This document shows, in pieces, positions 30,319 through 40,545 of a DNA stretch of 64,000 bases. Below the pieces are notes generated by a model. That model was not told the DNA's origin and made no database searches. It saw only the letters and a program-made list of their open reading frames with translations. Every line of letters begins with the position of its first letter. Positions within the stretch are counted from its first letter, which is position 1. Origin of the DNA: a bacterium (GTDB lineage: Bacteria > Patescibacteriota > Minisyncoccia > UBA6257 > 02-FULL-45-10c); contig JAJYMK010000003.1 in assembly GCA_021786945.1 (NCBI GenBank), forward strand, positions 151,299 to 215,298, in the 5' to 3' direction. A program made the translations under genes and the position numbers.

Positions 30319-30346
30319 AAGTATATTATAATTATAGTATAAATCT

Positions 30347-30736
30347 ATGAATCAAAATTTTGAACGCAATGTATTTGAAAGAGATTTTCAGGCTTTCAGT
30401 AAGGAAATAAAAGAGCATCAGGAGAGAAATGGAATAGAAAATCTCAAGGAGGTCCATGTTAAGGATTATCTAAAATCAAAATTTACGGAATCTCAGCCGG
30501 TTTCGAAACAGCCAATGCAGATACAAGAGTCTGAATCTTTACCTGATTATCTTATTTCTGAGCCAAATGAAATAAAGGGGAGGGTTGAAAATCTCATTGC
30601 AATTGCTTTTAAAGACGGCATAGAAAGCGCAACAAAAGAAGCAAGGAAATCCGGACCGTTTATTTTGGATGCCTTTCATGATGCTTTAACATCAAAATTA
30701 TATTTGGAATTAAATAAAAGGGGCCTGCTGAAATAA
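30347..30736 (+). CDS. Hypothetical protein preceding the VirB4/TraD-like ATPase
   Basis: C-terminal PFILDAFHDAL motif; 2 bp from next gene. Confidence 0.75.
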   Translation: MNQNFERNVFERDFQAFSKEIKEHQERNGIENLKEVHVKDYLKSKFTESQPVSKQPMQIQESESLPDYLISEPNEIKGRVENLIAIAFKDGIESATKEARKSGPFILDAFHDALTSKLYLELNKRGLLK

Positions 30737-30738
30737 AT

Positions 30739-33075
30739 ATGAATTTTTTATATATTGGTTTTGTATTTTTTATATTGTTTATCGGTGGTTACATAGTTTT
30801 TGTTTTATTTAAAAAAATAAAACACAAATATTTTCTTGATGCTTTAAAACTTAGAGCCTTATCTATAAAGATGATGCGTAAGTTTGATGAGGCTGACAAA
30901 GAGGCTTGGATGAAAGAAATTAATCAGTCCGGTCAATTAATGAGTATTTTGAGTAACTTAAAATCTCCTTTTTCTTTGGAGGTAGCGGTGAGTCATATCG
31001 GCGAGGAAATCATTTTTTATATTGCTGTTCCTGCCGATTCTGTCCAGTTTGCAATGAGGCAGATACAGGGTCTTTGGCCTGATTCACAAATTGAAGAGGT
31101 GGACGATTATAATATTTTTAACAATCAAGGATTTTCTTCTGGTATTTTTTTAAAACAAAAAAATAATGTTGTTTTGCCTTTTAGGACTTTTGAGGAAGCC
31201 AAGCTTGATACTTTTTTGCCTATTTTGAGTAATTTATCGAAAATTGAAGCATTAGGAGAGGGGGCTGCGTTACAGTTTATGGTTAAGCCGGTCCAACCAT
31301 CATTCAAAAAGAATTCTTTAAGAGTTTTGGAAAAACTAAAAAAGGGTAAAAAATTTGAAGAGGCTATAAAAGTTGAAAGCCCATTTATAACATTTAAGGA
31401 TATTAAAGAGGTCATCGCTGGTCCCGAAGAAAAGAAAAGCCAGGAAGAAAAAATAGTTATAGATGACGACACCATTAAAGCAATAGAAAAGAAGCTTTCT
31501 AAGCAGGTATTTTTGGTTAATGCTAGGCTTGTTGTGTCGGCGCCAAGTCAATTTAGAGCGGAAGAAATAATCAATAATCTTTCGGGATCTTTCGAACAGT
31601 TTAGCGCTCCTTTGAGAAACGAATTAAGACTCAGTAAGCCACGCAGCCAAAGCGATTTTATTTTTAAATTTATTTTTAGAGAATTTGATGATGGACAGGC
31701 AATGATTTTAGGGACGGATGAATTGGTTAGTTTATTTCATTTCCCGACTTCGGTTACGGAAATTCCTAAAATAAAATGGCTAAAATTCAGAGAGGTTGTT
31801 CCACCTTCAAATTTACCAAAGGACGGTGTATTAATAGGTAAGAGCATTTTCAGGAAAGATGAAAAGCCTGTATTTATAAGCGAAGAAGATAGGCGTAGGC
31901 ATATCTATATAATCGGTCAGACCGGAACCGGTAAATCAACTTTATTAAAAAATATGGCTGCAAGTGATATTGCCACTGGTAAGGGTTTGGCTATCATAGA
32001 TCCTCATGGAGATTTAGTTGAAGACGTTTTAGCTCTTATTCCGGAAAACAGAATTAATGATGTCGTTATCTTTGATCCGTCAGATGTTATGCGTCCGATA
32101 GGCTTAAATATGCTTGAATATGATTTGTCTAGACCCGAAGAAAAAACTTTTATAGTCAACGAAATTCAAAGCATTTTCAATAAATTGTTTTCCGCCGAAA
32201 GCATGGGGCCTATGTTTGAGCAATACATGCGCAATGCTTTGTTGCTTCTGATGGAAGATTCGGCCAATGAAATCCCAACATTTTTGGACGTGCCAAAGGT
32301 TTTTGTTGATTCTGATTTCAGATCGAAAAAACTGCAGCGTTGCCAGAATCCTGTTGTTAAAGATTTCTGGGAAAGAGAAGCTATTATGGTTGGAGGAGAG
32401 GCTTCTTTGCAAAATATAACTCCGTATATCACTTCAAAATTCAATAATTTTATTGCCAACGATTATATCAGGCCAATAATAAGTCAGCAAAAATCTTCCT
32501 TGAATTTCAGGGAAATGATGGATCAAGGAAAAATTCTTCTTGTAAATATGTCCAAAGGAAGAATAGGGGATATAAATGCCAGTCTTTTGGGTATGATTAT
32601 TGTCGGTAAAATTCTTATGTCTGCATTATCTCGTGCCGATATTTCAATGGAAAAAAGAAGAGATTTTAATCTTTATATTGATGAATTTCAGAATTTTACC
32701 ACTGATTCCATTTCGACTATTCTTTCGGAAGCCAGAAAGTACAGACTCAATCTTATTATCGCTCATCAATTTATAGCTCAAATTCCGGAAAAAATAAGAG
32801 ATTCCGTATTTGGCAATGTGGGTTCCACAATAGCATTTAGAGTTGGTCCAGACGATGCGGAGTATCTCGAAAAGGAATTTTCTCCTGTGTTTTCCAAAAA
32901 TGATTTGATGAATATCGATAATTTCAATGCTTATGTAAAAATTTTGATTAACAATGAAACAAGCAAGCCGTTTAATATCAAAATTATTGCTCCCCAAAAA
33001 GGAAATTCCGAGAGAAGAGATGCCATAAAAGAGATGTCGAGGGTTAAATATGGTTTCGATAGGACAATGATGTAA
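30739..33075 (+). CDS. VirB4/TraD(VirD4)/HerA-like ATPase with N-terminal TM (type IV secretion coupling-like)
   Basis: RRRHIYIIGQTGTGKS Walker A, IDPHGD, LYIDEFQNF Walker B, SEARKYRL, AHQ. Confidence 0.9.
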   Translation: MNFLYIGFVFFILFIGGYIVFVLFKKIKHKYFLDALKLRALSIKMMRKFDEADKEAWMKEINQSGQLMSILSNLKSPFSLEVAVSHIGEEIIFYIAVPADSVQFAMRQIQGLWPDSQIEEVDDYNIFNNQGFSSGIFLKQKNNVVLPFRTFEEAKLDTFLPILSNLSKIEALGEGAALQFMVKPVQPSFKKNSLRVLEKLKKGKKFEEAIKVESPFITFKDIKEVIAGPEEKKSQEEKIVIDDDTIKAIEKKLSKQVFLVNARLVVSAPSQFRAEEIINNLSGSFEQFSAPLRNELRLSKPRSQSDFIFKFIFREFDDGQAMILGTDELVSLFHFPTSVTEIPKIKWLKFREVVPPSNLPKDGVLIGKSIFRKDEKPVFISEEDRRRHIYIIGQTGTGKSTLLKNMAASDIATGKGLAIIDPHGDLVEDVLALIPENRINDVVIFDPSDVMRPIGLNMLEYDLSRPEEKTFIVNEIQSIFNKLFSAESMGPMFEQYMRNALLLLMEDSANEIPTFLDVPKVFVDSDFRSKKLQRCQNPVVKDFWEREAIMVGGEASLQNITPYITSKFNNFIANDYIRPIISQQKSSLNFREMMDQGKILLVNMSKGRIGDINASLLGMIIVGKILMSALSRADISMEKRRDFNLYIDEFQNFTTDSISTILSEARKYRLNLIIAHQFIAQIPEKIRDSVFGNVGSTIAFRVGPDDAEYLEKEFSPVFSKNDLMNIDNFNAYVKILINNETSKPFNIKIIAPQKGNSERRDAIKEMSRVKYGFDRTMM

Positions 33076-33106
33076 AAAAGACCCCGTTTAACGGGGTCTT
33101 TTATTT
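33074..33106 (+). terminator. Intrinsic terminator
   Basis: aaaagaccccgt tta acggggtctttt. Confidence 0.8.
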
Positions 33107-33129
33107 CCAAAAATGATATAATTTTATAT

Positions 33130-34578
33130 ATGATTCTCATTAAACAGATTCAGATAGTTGATGGCAGCGGAAGCAAACCTTATTTCGGCGATATCCTTAT
33201 TAATGGAGAAAAAATTATTGCAATTGGAAAAAATCTTTCAAAAAAAAGAGCTGAAGAAGTGATTGATGGGCTTGGTTTAGTTGCGGCCCCGGGATTTATC
33301 GATGTAAATAATGATTCCGACCACCATCTTAGTCTTTTCACTAATCCTGGCCAAAATGATTATTTGAATCAAGGAATCACTTCAATTGTTGGCGGCCAGT
33401 GTGGAGCCTCTTTAGCCCCATTAATGTACGGTTCTTTGACTGCTATAGGACAATGGGTTAATACGGATAAAGTAAATGTAGGTTGGTCTTCGGTAGCTGA
33501 TTTAAAGAAAATATTATTAAGAATAGGTTTAAATATTAATTTTGAAACTTTAGTTGGATATTCTACATTGCGTAGGGATTTAGCTGGTACGGAAATACGT
33601 GATTTAACCGATTCGGAGATAAAAATTTTTCAGCATATTTTAGAGACGGCTTTAAATGATGGAGCGGTTGGACTTTCTACCGGCTTGGGATTTCTTGAGT
33701 CAAAATTCGTGCCTTATTCTGAGATAAAAAAAATTGTTTCAATAGTTGCAAATAAAGGCGGGGTTTATGCAACGCATTTGCGTGATGAAAAGGCAAATCT
33801 TTTGCATTCTGTTCAGGAGACTTTGATGTTGTCACGGGAAACCGGGGTAAAGACAATTATAAGTCATTTTCGCCCAATAAAGGGTTATGAAAAAGAGTTT
33901 GATGAATCTATGGCTCTTATTGAAAAAAGCTTGGTTGATTCAAATATTTATTTTGACATAAATCCATTTACAGCTACGGTTTTTCCTATCCATACATATC
34001 TTCCGTATTGGGCTCAAAATGAAAATATTGAAACAATGATGAGTAATATTAAAAATGACGATAGCAGGAAAAAGATCGTTGAAGAACTTAAAAATTCAGA
34101 CATTCAAGAACTTGTTATAGCCGATGTGAGGGGTCAGGAGCATTTAATAGGTAAAAGTTTATTGGAACTTTCCAGCGTCAGAGAAAAGGATATAATTTCT
34201 ACTTTATTAGATTTAATGGAGTCGAGTAAAATGCATGCTATGCTTATGTCAAAAAATTTAAATGCAGACTTATTAATGCCGCTTTTGACTCATCCGAGAT
34301 CTTTAATAGGTACAAATAGTTCCAGTTCTAAGCCGGGGCAATTTATAAAAGAAATTAGATTAGAGAGAACCACGTCAACTTTTTCGAAATATTTGGAAAT
34401 AGTTTTGAATCAAGGCATCCCTTTGGAGGTGGCAATAAAAAAAATAACTTATTTCCCGGCGCAAATTTTTGGGATCAGGAGAAGGGGACTCATAAAAGAA
34501 GGTTTTTTTGCGGATTTGGTTTTGTTGAGGGGCACTAAAGTAGAAAAAGTAATCAGAAATGGAAAGAAAATTCAATAA
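33130..34578 (+). CDS. N-acyl-D-amino-acid deacylase-like amidohydrolase
   Basis: APGFID, QGITS..GQCG.S, GLSTGL, YATHLRDE, RGLIKEG..ADLV; canonical HxH replaced by NxD. Confidence 0.85.
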   Translation: MILIKQIQIVDGSGSKPYFGDILINGEKIIAIGKNLSKKRAEEVIDGLGLVAAPGFIDVNNDSDHHLSLFTNPGQNDYLNQGITSIVGGQCGASLAPLMYGSLTAIGQWVNTDKVNVGWSSVADLKKILLRIGLNINFETLVGYSTLRRDLAGTEIRDLTDSEIKIFQHILETALNDGAVGLSTGLGFLESKFVPYSEIKKIVSIVANKGGVYATHLRDEKANLLHSVQETLMLSRETGVKTIISHFRPIKGYEKEFDESMALIEKSLVDSNIYFDINPFTATVFPIHTYLPYWAQNENIETMMSNIKNDDSRKKIVEELKNSDIQELVIADVRGQEHLIGKSLLELSSVREKDIISTLLDLMESSKMHAMLMSKNLNADLLMPLLTHPRSLIGTNSSSSKPGQFIKEIRLERTTSTFSKYLEIVLNQGIPLEVAIKKITYFPAQIFGIRRRGLIKEGFFADLVLLRGTKVEKVIRNGKKIQ

Positions 34579-35662
34579 CAAACACAAGCCGGATTTTTTA
34601 ACTCTGGTTTTTATTTTTATAATCATTGCTTTCGGGCTGGTTATGCTTACCAGCGCTTCTTCTGATCTGGCCAAAAATAAATTTGGTAGTACATATTACT
34701 ATCTTAATCATCAGATTATTTATGGTTTTATTCCCGGTCTTTTCCTTTTTCTTTTTTTGTCTAATTTTTCTTATTTGAATATTAAAAAGTATGCCGCTTG
34801 GCTTCTGTCCTTTAATATAATTTTGTTGCTTTTGGTATTTTCTCCTCTAGGGGTTTCGGCCGGGGGTGCCGATCGCTGGCTCAATATTGGTGGTTTTGTT
34901 TTTCAGCCGTCCGAATTATTAAAAATCATTTTTATTATTTATATAGCCGCGTGGTTAAGTGGAAACGAAAAAAGGAAAAATAGTTTTTTGGGTGGATTTT
35001 TACCGTTTTTGATAATTTGCGGCGTAGTTGCTTTTTTGCTTATTATTCAGCCGACCACCAGTACTGTTGCTATCCTAATGGCAACGGCTTTAATTATTTA
35101 TTTTGCTAGTGGAGCAAGGATTTCTTATATTTTGGCAACTATAATTTTAGGACTTTCATTACTTTTGGCCGTTTCTTATTTTACTCCATATAGATGGCAG
35201 AGAATCATGAGCTTCGTTGATCCTAATCAGAATGTTTTGGGCGCCAGTTATCATATTCAACAGGCCTTGATTGCAATAGGCTCTGGCAATATTTTCGGAG
35301 TGGGTTACGGCCAATCGACCACAAAAATTAATTATTTACCGGAGCCGATAGGGGACTCTATTTTTGCGGTTATTGCCGAGGAGTTAGGTTTTGTTGGCAG
35401 CCTTGCACTTATTTTATGTTTTTTGATATTGATAACAAGAATATTTTTATTGGCTAAAAAAACGAATGATCAATTTGGGCAGCTCTTATTAATAGGTTTT
35501 GGGTCTATTATTGGTATTCAGGCTATTGTTAATATAGGTGCAATATCCGGAATATTGCCTTTAACGGGCATGCCGCTACCATTCATAAGCTATGGAGGAA
35601 GTTCGTTGGCTGTTTTTATGGGAATTTCGGGTATAATTATAAATATATCCAAGAATAATTAA
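34559..35662 (+). CDS. ftsW: SEDS family cell division protein FtsW
   Basis: GADRW, FQPSE..K, YLPE..GDSIFAVIAEELG, PFISYGGSS; upstream of murG. Confidence 0.93.
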   Translation: MERKFNNKHKPDFLTLVFIFIIIAFGLVMLTSASSDLAKNKFGSTYYYLNHQIIYGFIPGLFLFLFLSNFSYLNIKKYAAWLLSFNIILLLLVFSPLGVSAGGADRWLNIGGFVFQPSELLKIIFIIYIAAWLSGNEKRKNSFLGGFLPFLIICGVVAFLLIIQPTTSTVAILMATALIIYFASGARISYILATIILGLSLLLAVSYFTPYRWQRIMSFVDPNQNVLGASYHIQQALIAIGSGNIFGVGYGQSTTKINYLPEPIGDSIFAVIAEELGFVGSLALILCFLILITRIFLLAKKTNDQFGQLLLIGFGSIIGIQAIVNIGAISGILPLTGMPLPFISYGGSSLAVFMGISGIIINISKNN

Positions 35663-35674
35663 CTTGGTCATTTT

Positions 35675-36886
35675 ATGAAAAAGATAAGAATTTTATTGGT
35701 TGGCGGAGGCAGCGGTGGTCATATTTATCCGCTTATTGCCGTAGCTCAAAAAATACAAAGCTTTATCGGAGCTTCAGCTAAATTTAAAGCCGATTTACGA
35801 TATTTTGGAGATGCGGGAGATTATGAAAATTTATTGTCTGCCAACGGAATTAGGTGCTTTTATATTGTTTCCAGTAAACTAAGAAGATATTTCTCTTTGC
35901 GTAACTTTTTAGATGTTTTTAAATTTTTTATGGCTTTTTTCCATTCTCTTTGGAGAGTTTTTTGGTTTATGCCCGACGTTGTTTTTTCAAAGGGCGGCCC
36001 AGGTTCTTTGCCTATACTTTTTGCTTGTAAGTTATTTGCAATTCCGTTAGTAATTCATGAATCCGATAGCGTTCCTGGTTTAACAAATCTGATCAGTGGA
36101 AAAATAGCTAAAAAAATATTCCTATCTTTTGATTCGGCTAGAAAGTATTTTGTGAATAAAGATAATCAGGTTGTAGGAAATCCTATAAGAAGCGAATTAC
36201 TTTTAAATCAGGATGGCTTTGTTGCTAATTTATCCGATGAAGATGTACTTGCCTCCAAAAAACAATTCGGATTGGAAAATAAAAAACCAGTCTTATTAGT
36301 TTTGGGAGGCTCTCAGGGGGCCGTGGTAATAAATAATTTTGTACTTAAAAATATTGAATTTTTAACAAAAACTTTTTCGGTTTTGCATCAGACAGGGGAA
36401 GATAATTTCGAGGAATATAAAGCCGATTTTGATATCTTAAGTAAGGCGTTACCAGATGAAGTTAGGAATGATTATAAGTACTTTCCATATTTTGATGAGA
36501 ATCTAAAAAATGCATATATTGCTGCAGATTTGGTCTTGGCTCGTGCAGGCGCCGGAACTATTTTTGAATTAGCATATTTTGGCAAGCCTTCTGTTTTAAT
36601 TCCACTTCCTGATTCTGCCGGAGATCATCAGGCTATAAATGCTTCAGAATTTGCAGCTACGGGTGCAGCTTTGGACATTCAACAAGAGAATTTTTTAAGT
36701 CATTTAGTTTTAGTTCAACTTGAGAGTATAATCAATAATTCCGATAAATTAAAATCAATGAGCCGGGCTGCGACGGCTTTTTACAGACAATTTTCATCAG
36801 AAAATATCGCCGCTTATCTTTTGTCGTTTGGCGGGCTAAATATTTATCCGGATTCGGCCCCGATAAAAGAAGCCGTTTTAAAATAA
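35675..36886 (+). CDS. murG: Lipid II GlcNAc transferase MurG
   Basis: GGGSGGHIYP, HESD..PG..N, GNPIR, GGSQGA, RAGAGT. Confidence 0.95.
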   Translation: MKKIRILLVGGGSGGHIYPLIAVAQKIQSFIGASAKFKADLRYFGDAGDYENLLSANGIRCFYIVSSKLRRYFSLRNFLDVFKFFMAFFHSLWRVFWFMPDVVFSKGGPGSLPILFACKLFAIPLVIHESDSVPGLTNLISGKIAKKIFLSFDSARKYFVNKDNQVVGNPIRSELLLNQDGFVANLSDEDVLASKKQFGLENKKPVLLVLGGSQGAVVINNFVLKNIEFLTKTFSVLHQTGEDNFEEYKADFDILSKALPDEVRNDYKYFPYFDENLKNAYIAADLVLARAGAGTIFELAYFGKPSVLIPLPDSAGDHQAINASEFAATGAALDIQQENFLSHLVLVQLESIINNSDKLKSMSRAATAFYRQFSSENIAAYLLSFGGLNIYPDSAPIKEAVLK

Positions 36887-36903
36887 ATTTATAAATAATT
36901 ATT

Positions 36904-38343
36904 ATGTTTAATTTTTTAAAAAATATTTTAAGAAAAAAAGTAGTTGTAAGATTTGCTCCGAGTCCTACAGGTGAGCTCCATATCGGCGGCGCGCGCACGG
37001 CATTTTTTAATTATCTTTTTGCAAAGCATAATGGCGGAAAGTTTTTATTGAGAATAGAGGATACCGACAGAGAAAGATATGTCGAGGGTTCGGTGGAAAG
37101 AATTATTAAATCTTTAGCTTGGCTTGGATTAAATCCGGAAAATGCCGGAAAAATAATGGTTCAATCGGAAAGACTGAATATTTATAAAAAATATGCTTTT
37201 GAGCTGGTAGAAAAAGGAAATGCCTATGTTTGTATTTGCTCCAAAGAAAAATTAGCGGCTGATCAAGAAGCCCAGATGAAGGCGGGAAAACCCCCTATGT
37301 ATGCAGGTTATTGCCGCGAAGCCGGGATTAAAATTTCCGAAGTAGAAGGTAAAAAATCTTATGTCGTAAGAATGAAAATGCCGAAATCAGGGAAAATTAT
37401 AGTTGACGACCTTATCCGCGGAAGAGTTGAGTTTGACGCTTCGCTTATAGATGACCAGGTTTTACTTAAATCCGACGGTTATCCGACCTATCATTTAGCC
37501 AATATTATAGATGATCACGAAATGGGCATTACCCATGTAATTCGTGCCGAAGAATGGCTTCCGTCTACACCAAAACACAAGATTCTTTATAAGATGTTCG
37601 GGTGGCAGGAGCCGCAATTTGCTCACTTACCGATGATTTTAGCCCCCGACAAATCAAAGCTTTCAAAACGTCATGGCGCCACAGGTGTTTTTGAATATAA
37701 AAATTTGGGATATTTGCCGGAAGCCATTTTGAATTTTATAGGCCTGCTTGGCTGGCACCCTAAAGAAGACCGCGAGTTTCTGAGTTTGAAAGAAATGATA
37801 AAAGAATTTTCTTTGGATAGGGTCCAAAAAAGCGGAGCTATCTTTGATGTAAAAAAATTAAATTGGCTTAATTCGGAGCATATTAAAAAAGCTTCGGTTA
37901 CGGAATTAAAGCATTCTTTAGCGGATATTTTTGGACATGAATTTATTAAAAAAGATTTAATAGACAAGTTAATTTTTTTATCCAAAGAAAGAATGGAAAA
38001 ATTATCCGATTTCAAGGAAATGAATGAATTTTTCTTTAATTTGCCAAGTTATGAAAAGAGTATGCTTGTTTGGAAAAATTCTTCGCTGGAGAAGTCTCTG
38101 GAAAATTTGAAATTGGTATTGGAAAAAATTTCCGGAGTTGAAGAGTCTGATTTCAAAAAATCAAAACTGGAAAAAATCGTTATGCCCTTAGCGGATGAGC
38201 GTGGCAGGGGAGATGTGCTTTGGCCATTGAGAGTTTCTTTATCCGGAAAAGATAAATCTCCCGGTCCATTTGATATTATGGATATTCTGGGTAAGCAGGA
38301 AACGATTAGGCGCATAAACGTTGCTCTCGAAAAATTAAAATAA
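36904..38343 (+). CDS. gltX: Glutamate--tRNA ligase
   Basis: RFAPSPTGELHIG, LRIEDTD, KLSKR. Confidence 0.98.
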   Translation: MFNFLKNILRKKVVVRFAPSPTGELHIGGARTAFFNYLFAKHNGGKFLLRIEDTDRERYVEGSVERIIKSLAWLGLNPENAGKIMVQSERLNIYKKYAFELVEKGNAYVCICSKEKLAADQEAQMKAGKPPMYAGYCREAGIKISEVEGKKSYVVRMKMPKSGKIIVDDLIRGRVEFDASLIDDQVLLKSDGYPTYHLANIIDDHEMGITHVIRAEEWLPSTPKHKILYKMFGWQEPQFAHLPMILAPDKSKLSKRHGATGVFEYKNLGYLPEAILNFIGLLGWHPKEDREFLSLKEMIKEFSLDRVQKSGAIFDVKKLNWLNSEHIKKASVTELKHSLADIFGHEFIKKDLIDKLIFLSKERMEKLSDFKEMNEFFFNLPSYEKSMLVWKNSSLEKSLENLKLVLEKISGVEESDFKKSKLEKIVMPLADERGRGDVLWPLRVSLSGKDKSPGPFDIMDILGKQETIRRINVALEKLK

Positions 38344-38354
38344 TTCAGGTTTTT

Positions 38355-39611
38355 ATGTCGAAGAAATTTTTAATTTATTTTTTTATTTTTTTATTTTTTA
38401 CCATTGCGGGAAGAATTTCTTTGGCCGCTGAAACTCCCGATGAATTAAAAAAAGCTATTGACGCCAAAAATCAGGAATTAGTAGAGATAAATCAAAAAAT
38501 CACCCAAGCCCAAAAGGACTTGGATGAAACAGAAAGTAAGAGTAAATCACTTCAAAATGAGCTTAAAAAGGCCGATTACACCATAAATCAGCTTAATTTA
38601 AGTATTAAATCAAGTGAACTTAATATACAAAAGCTTAATTTAGAAATAGAGGCCTTGAAATATGATATTGGGGATACTGAATCACAGATCGACATAAAAA
38701 AAATGGCTATAGCCGATCTTTTAAGAGAGCTACAGAAAAAAGATGCCGAAAATGCCTTGGTTGTTTTATTAAAAAATAAAAGTATTGCTGAGAGTTTGGA
38801 TGAGGCTCAGAGCATCGTTGATATAAACTCAGGTTTATCCACCCAGGTCGGAGATTTACAGGTTTTAAATGATCAGCTATCCGGCAAATTAACAACTCAA
38901 TCAACTAAAAAAGCCAGCATTGAATTGGAAAATAAAAACTTAAAAAATAGAAAAATTATTTTACAAAATCAGAAGGCGGATAAACAAAGTTTGCTTACAC
39001 AGACTAAAAATCAGGAAAAAACATATCAGCAATTGATAACTCAATTGCAAAAAGATCAGGAAAACTTATCCCAAGAAATTAATGATGCAGAAGAAAAATT
39101 AAGACAAAGTTTTGATCCTAATCTTTTACCGTCGAAAAGGCCCGGGGTTATTGCCTGGCCGGTAAAATTAAAAAAAGATGGCGGAGCGGGCTTGATCACT
39201 CAACATTACGGAGAGCTTTCAAAACTTTATAAATCCGGATGGCACAATGGCTTGGATATAGGAACGCCCATAGGAACACCCGTTTTTGCTGCGGCTGAAG
39301 GCAGGGTTATCGCTGTTGATAATAACGACCGAAGTTCTTGGCAGAGATATCAATATGGACAATATATTTTAATAGAGCATCAGAATAATTTAAGCACTAT
39401 TTATGCTCATCTTTCCGCAGTCGATGTTAAAAAAGGAGATGTTGTAACTCGCGGACAGTTAATCGGATATTCTGGCAATTCCGGATATAGTACCGGCCCG
39501 CATTTACATTTTGGGGTTTATTGGACCGCAAGCTTACTTTTTAAGAGTTTGCCGCCGGCTAAAGGCTTAGTTCCTATCGGGGTCACGGTAAATCCTGAAG
39601 ATTATTTGTGA
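38355..39611 (+). CDS. Coiled-coil M23 family peptidase (EnvC/MepM-like)
   Basis: Signal peptide, long coiled coil, HNGLD, YAHL, STGPHLHF. Confidence 0.92.
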   Translation: MSKKFLIYFFIFLFFTIAGRISLAAETPDELKKAIDAKNQELVEINQKITQAQKDLDETESKSKSLQNELKKADYTINQLNLSIKSSELNIQKLNLEIEALKYDIGDTESQIDIKKMAIADLLRELQKKDAENALVVLLKNKSIAESLDEAQSIVDINSGLSTQVGDLQVLNDQLSGKLTTQSTKKASIELENKNLKNRKIILQNQKADKQSLLTQTKNQEKTYQQLITQLQKDQENLSQEINDAEEKLRQSFDPNLLPSKRPGVIAWPVKLKKDGGAGLITQHYGELSKLYKSGWHNGLDIGTPIGTPVFAAAEGRVIAVDNNDRSSWQRYQYGQYILIEHQNNLSTIYAHLSAVDVKKGDVVTRGQLIGYSGNSGYSTGPHLHFGVYWTASLLFKSLPPAKGLVPIGVTVNPEDYL

Positions 39612-39656
39612 TTTTATGCATTTGTAGGTGTTTTTAATAAGGAATATACTTAAATT

Positions 39657-39923
39657 ATGGATATACTCATTAAATTATTTGGTATGTTTAACGCTTTGGC
39701 GGCAACGTTTGCTAAGTATATTCCGCAGAATAAGGAAGATATCTTGACGCTCGGAAAGCAAATCTGGGGTTTATTGGTAAATTTAAACGGATTAACCGCA
39801 AATGTATTGGGGACTGATATTCAAAAAATTATAAATCAATTCATTGGTTTTTTTATAAAATATTTTATAATCGCATTTAATTTTTTAATTGAGATTATTA
39901 AAAAATTAGCTGAAGGGGCTTAA
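39657..39923 (+). CDS. Small hypothetical protein
   Basis: 88-aa amphipathic ORF. Confidence 0.6.
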   Translation: MDILIKLFGMFNALAATFAKYIPQNKEDILTLGKQIWGLLVNLNGLTANVLGTDIQKIINQFIGFFIKYFIIAFNFLIEIIKKLAEGA

Positions 39924-40175
39924 AAGGCGTTCGGAAGCGGCTTCCTTTATATTCATAGTATAAAGTGTCGCAAAAGGTATATTGTGCGACAGATAGCTTA
40001 GGAAAGGAAGCTCTCCTCCCCGTGGATTGGCTATTAATTTTCCCGGATTTTATTTGGCTCTAAACTATTAAATAATTGAATTTTAGACTATCCTTTGGTT
40101 AAAGATAGATAATCGGTAAGTTTTATTTGCTTTTATTACAATTCCCCGTATTTATCTCTCTATTTTTCTTATATA

Positions 40176-40204
40176 TTGACAAAATAGATATAGTATGCTA
40201 TTAT
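40176..40204 (+). promoter_or_regulatory. Sigma70 promoter of the 73-aa ORF
   Basis: TTGACA-17 nt-TATTAT with extended TG. Confidence 0.7.
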
Positions 40205-40247
40205 ATAAATTCAAATTTGAACTTTAATAGTTAAATAAGGAGACAAC

Positions 40248-40469
40248 ATGAAAGTAAATCTTAGTGTTATCCTGGCTTCAGTGGGAATATTCCTGATGAT
40301 GCTGGGTGCAGGAACCTCAGATGCCAATCTCAGTCCCCACAGTTTTCAGGTAGGGATGACGACCAGTGTTATCGGGATAATAATGCTTTTCTTCTCTTTC
40401 GAGGAGAACCGCAATCCCAAAAGGTTCAAGCGTCTTATACGGTATTACTGGAGTTACTTCTTCCGGTAA
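40248..40469 (+). CDS. Small two-TM membrane protein
   Basis: AAGGAG SD, two hydrophobic segments, own promoter and terminator. Confidence 0.7.
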   Translation: MKVNLSVILASVGIFLMMLGAGTSDANLSPHSFQVGMTTSVIGIIMLFFSFEENRNPKRFKRLIRYYWSYFFR

Positions 40470-40475
40470 TATCCC

Positions 40476-40505
40476 GGCCCGCGCTTTTATAGGCGGGCCT
40501 TTTTT
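40476..40505 (+). terminator. Intrinsic terminator
   Basis: ggcccgc...gcgggcc followed by T-run. Confidence 0.75.
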
Positions 40506-40518
40506 GTTTTTAAAAAAT

Positions 40519-40545
40519 CAAAAACCGCTTTTAAGGGCGGTTTTT
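40519..40545 (-). terminator. Terminator of rnpB
   Basis: aaaaaccgc...gcggttttt directly 3' of rnpB on the minus strand. Confidence 0.75.

Noticed and set aside
30739-33075. VirB4/TraD-like ATPase as a conjugative element
   Set aside because: No relaxase, mating-pair genes or integrase nearby; such stand-alone ATPases are common chromosomal genes in CPR.
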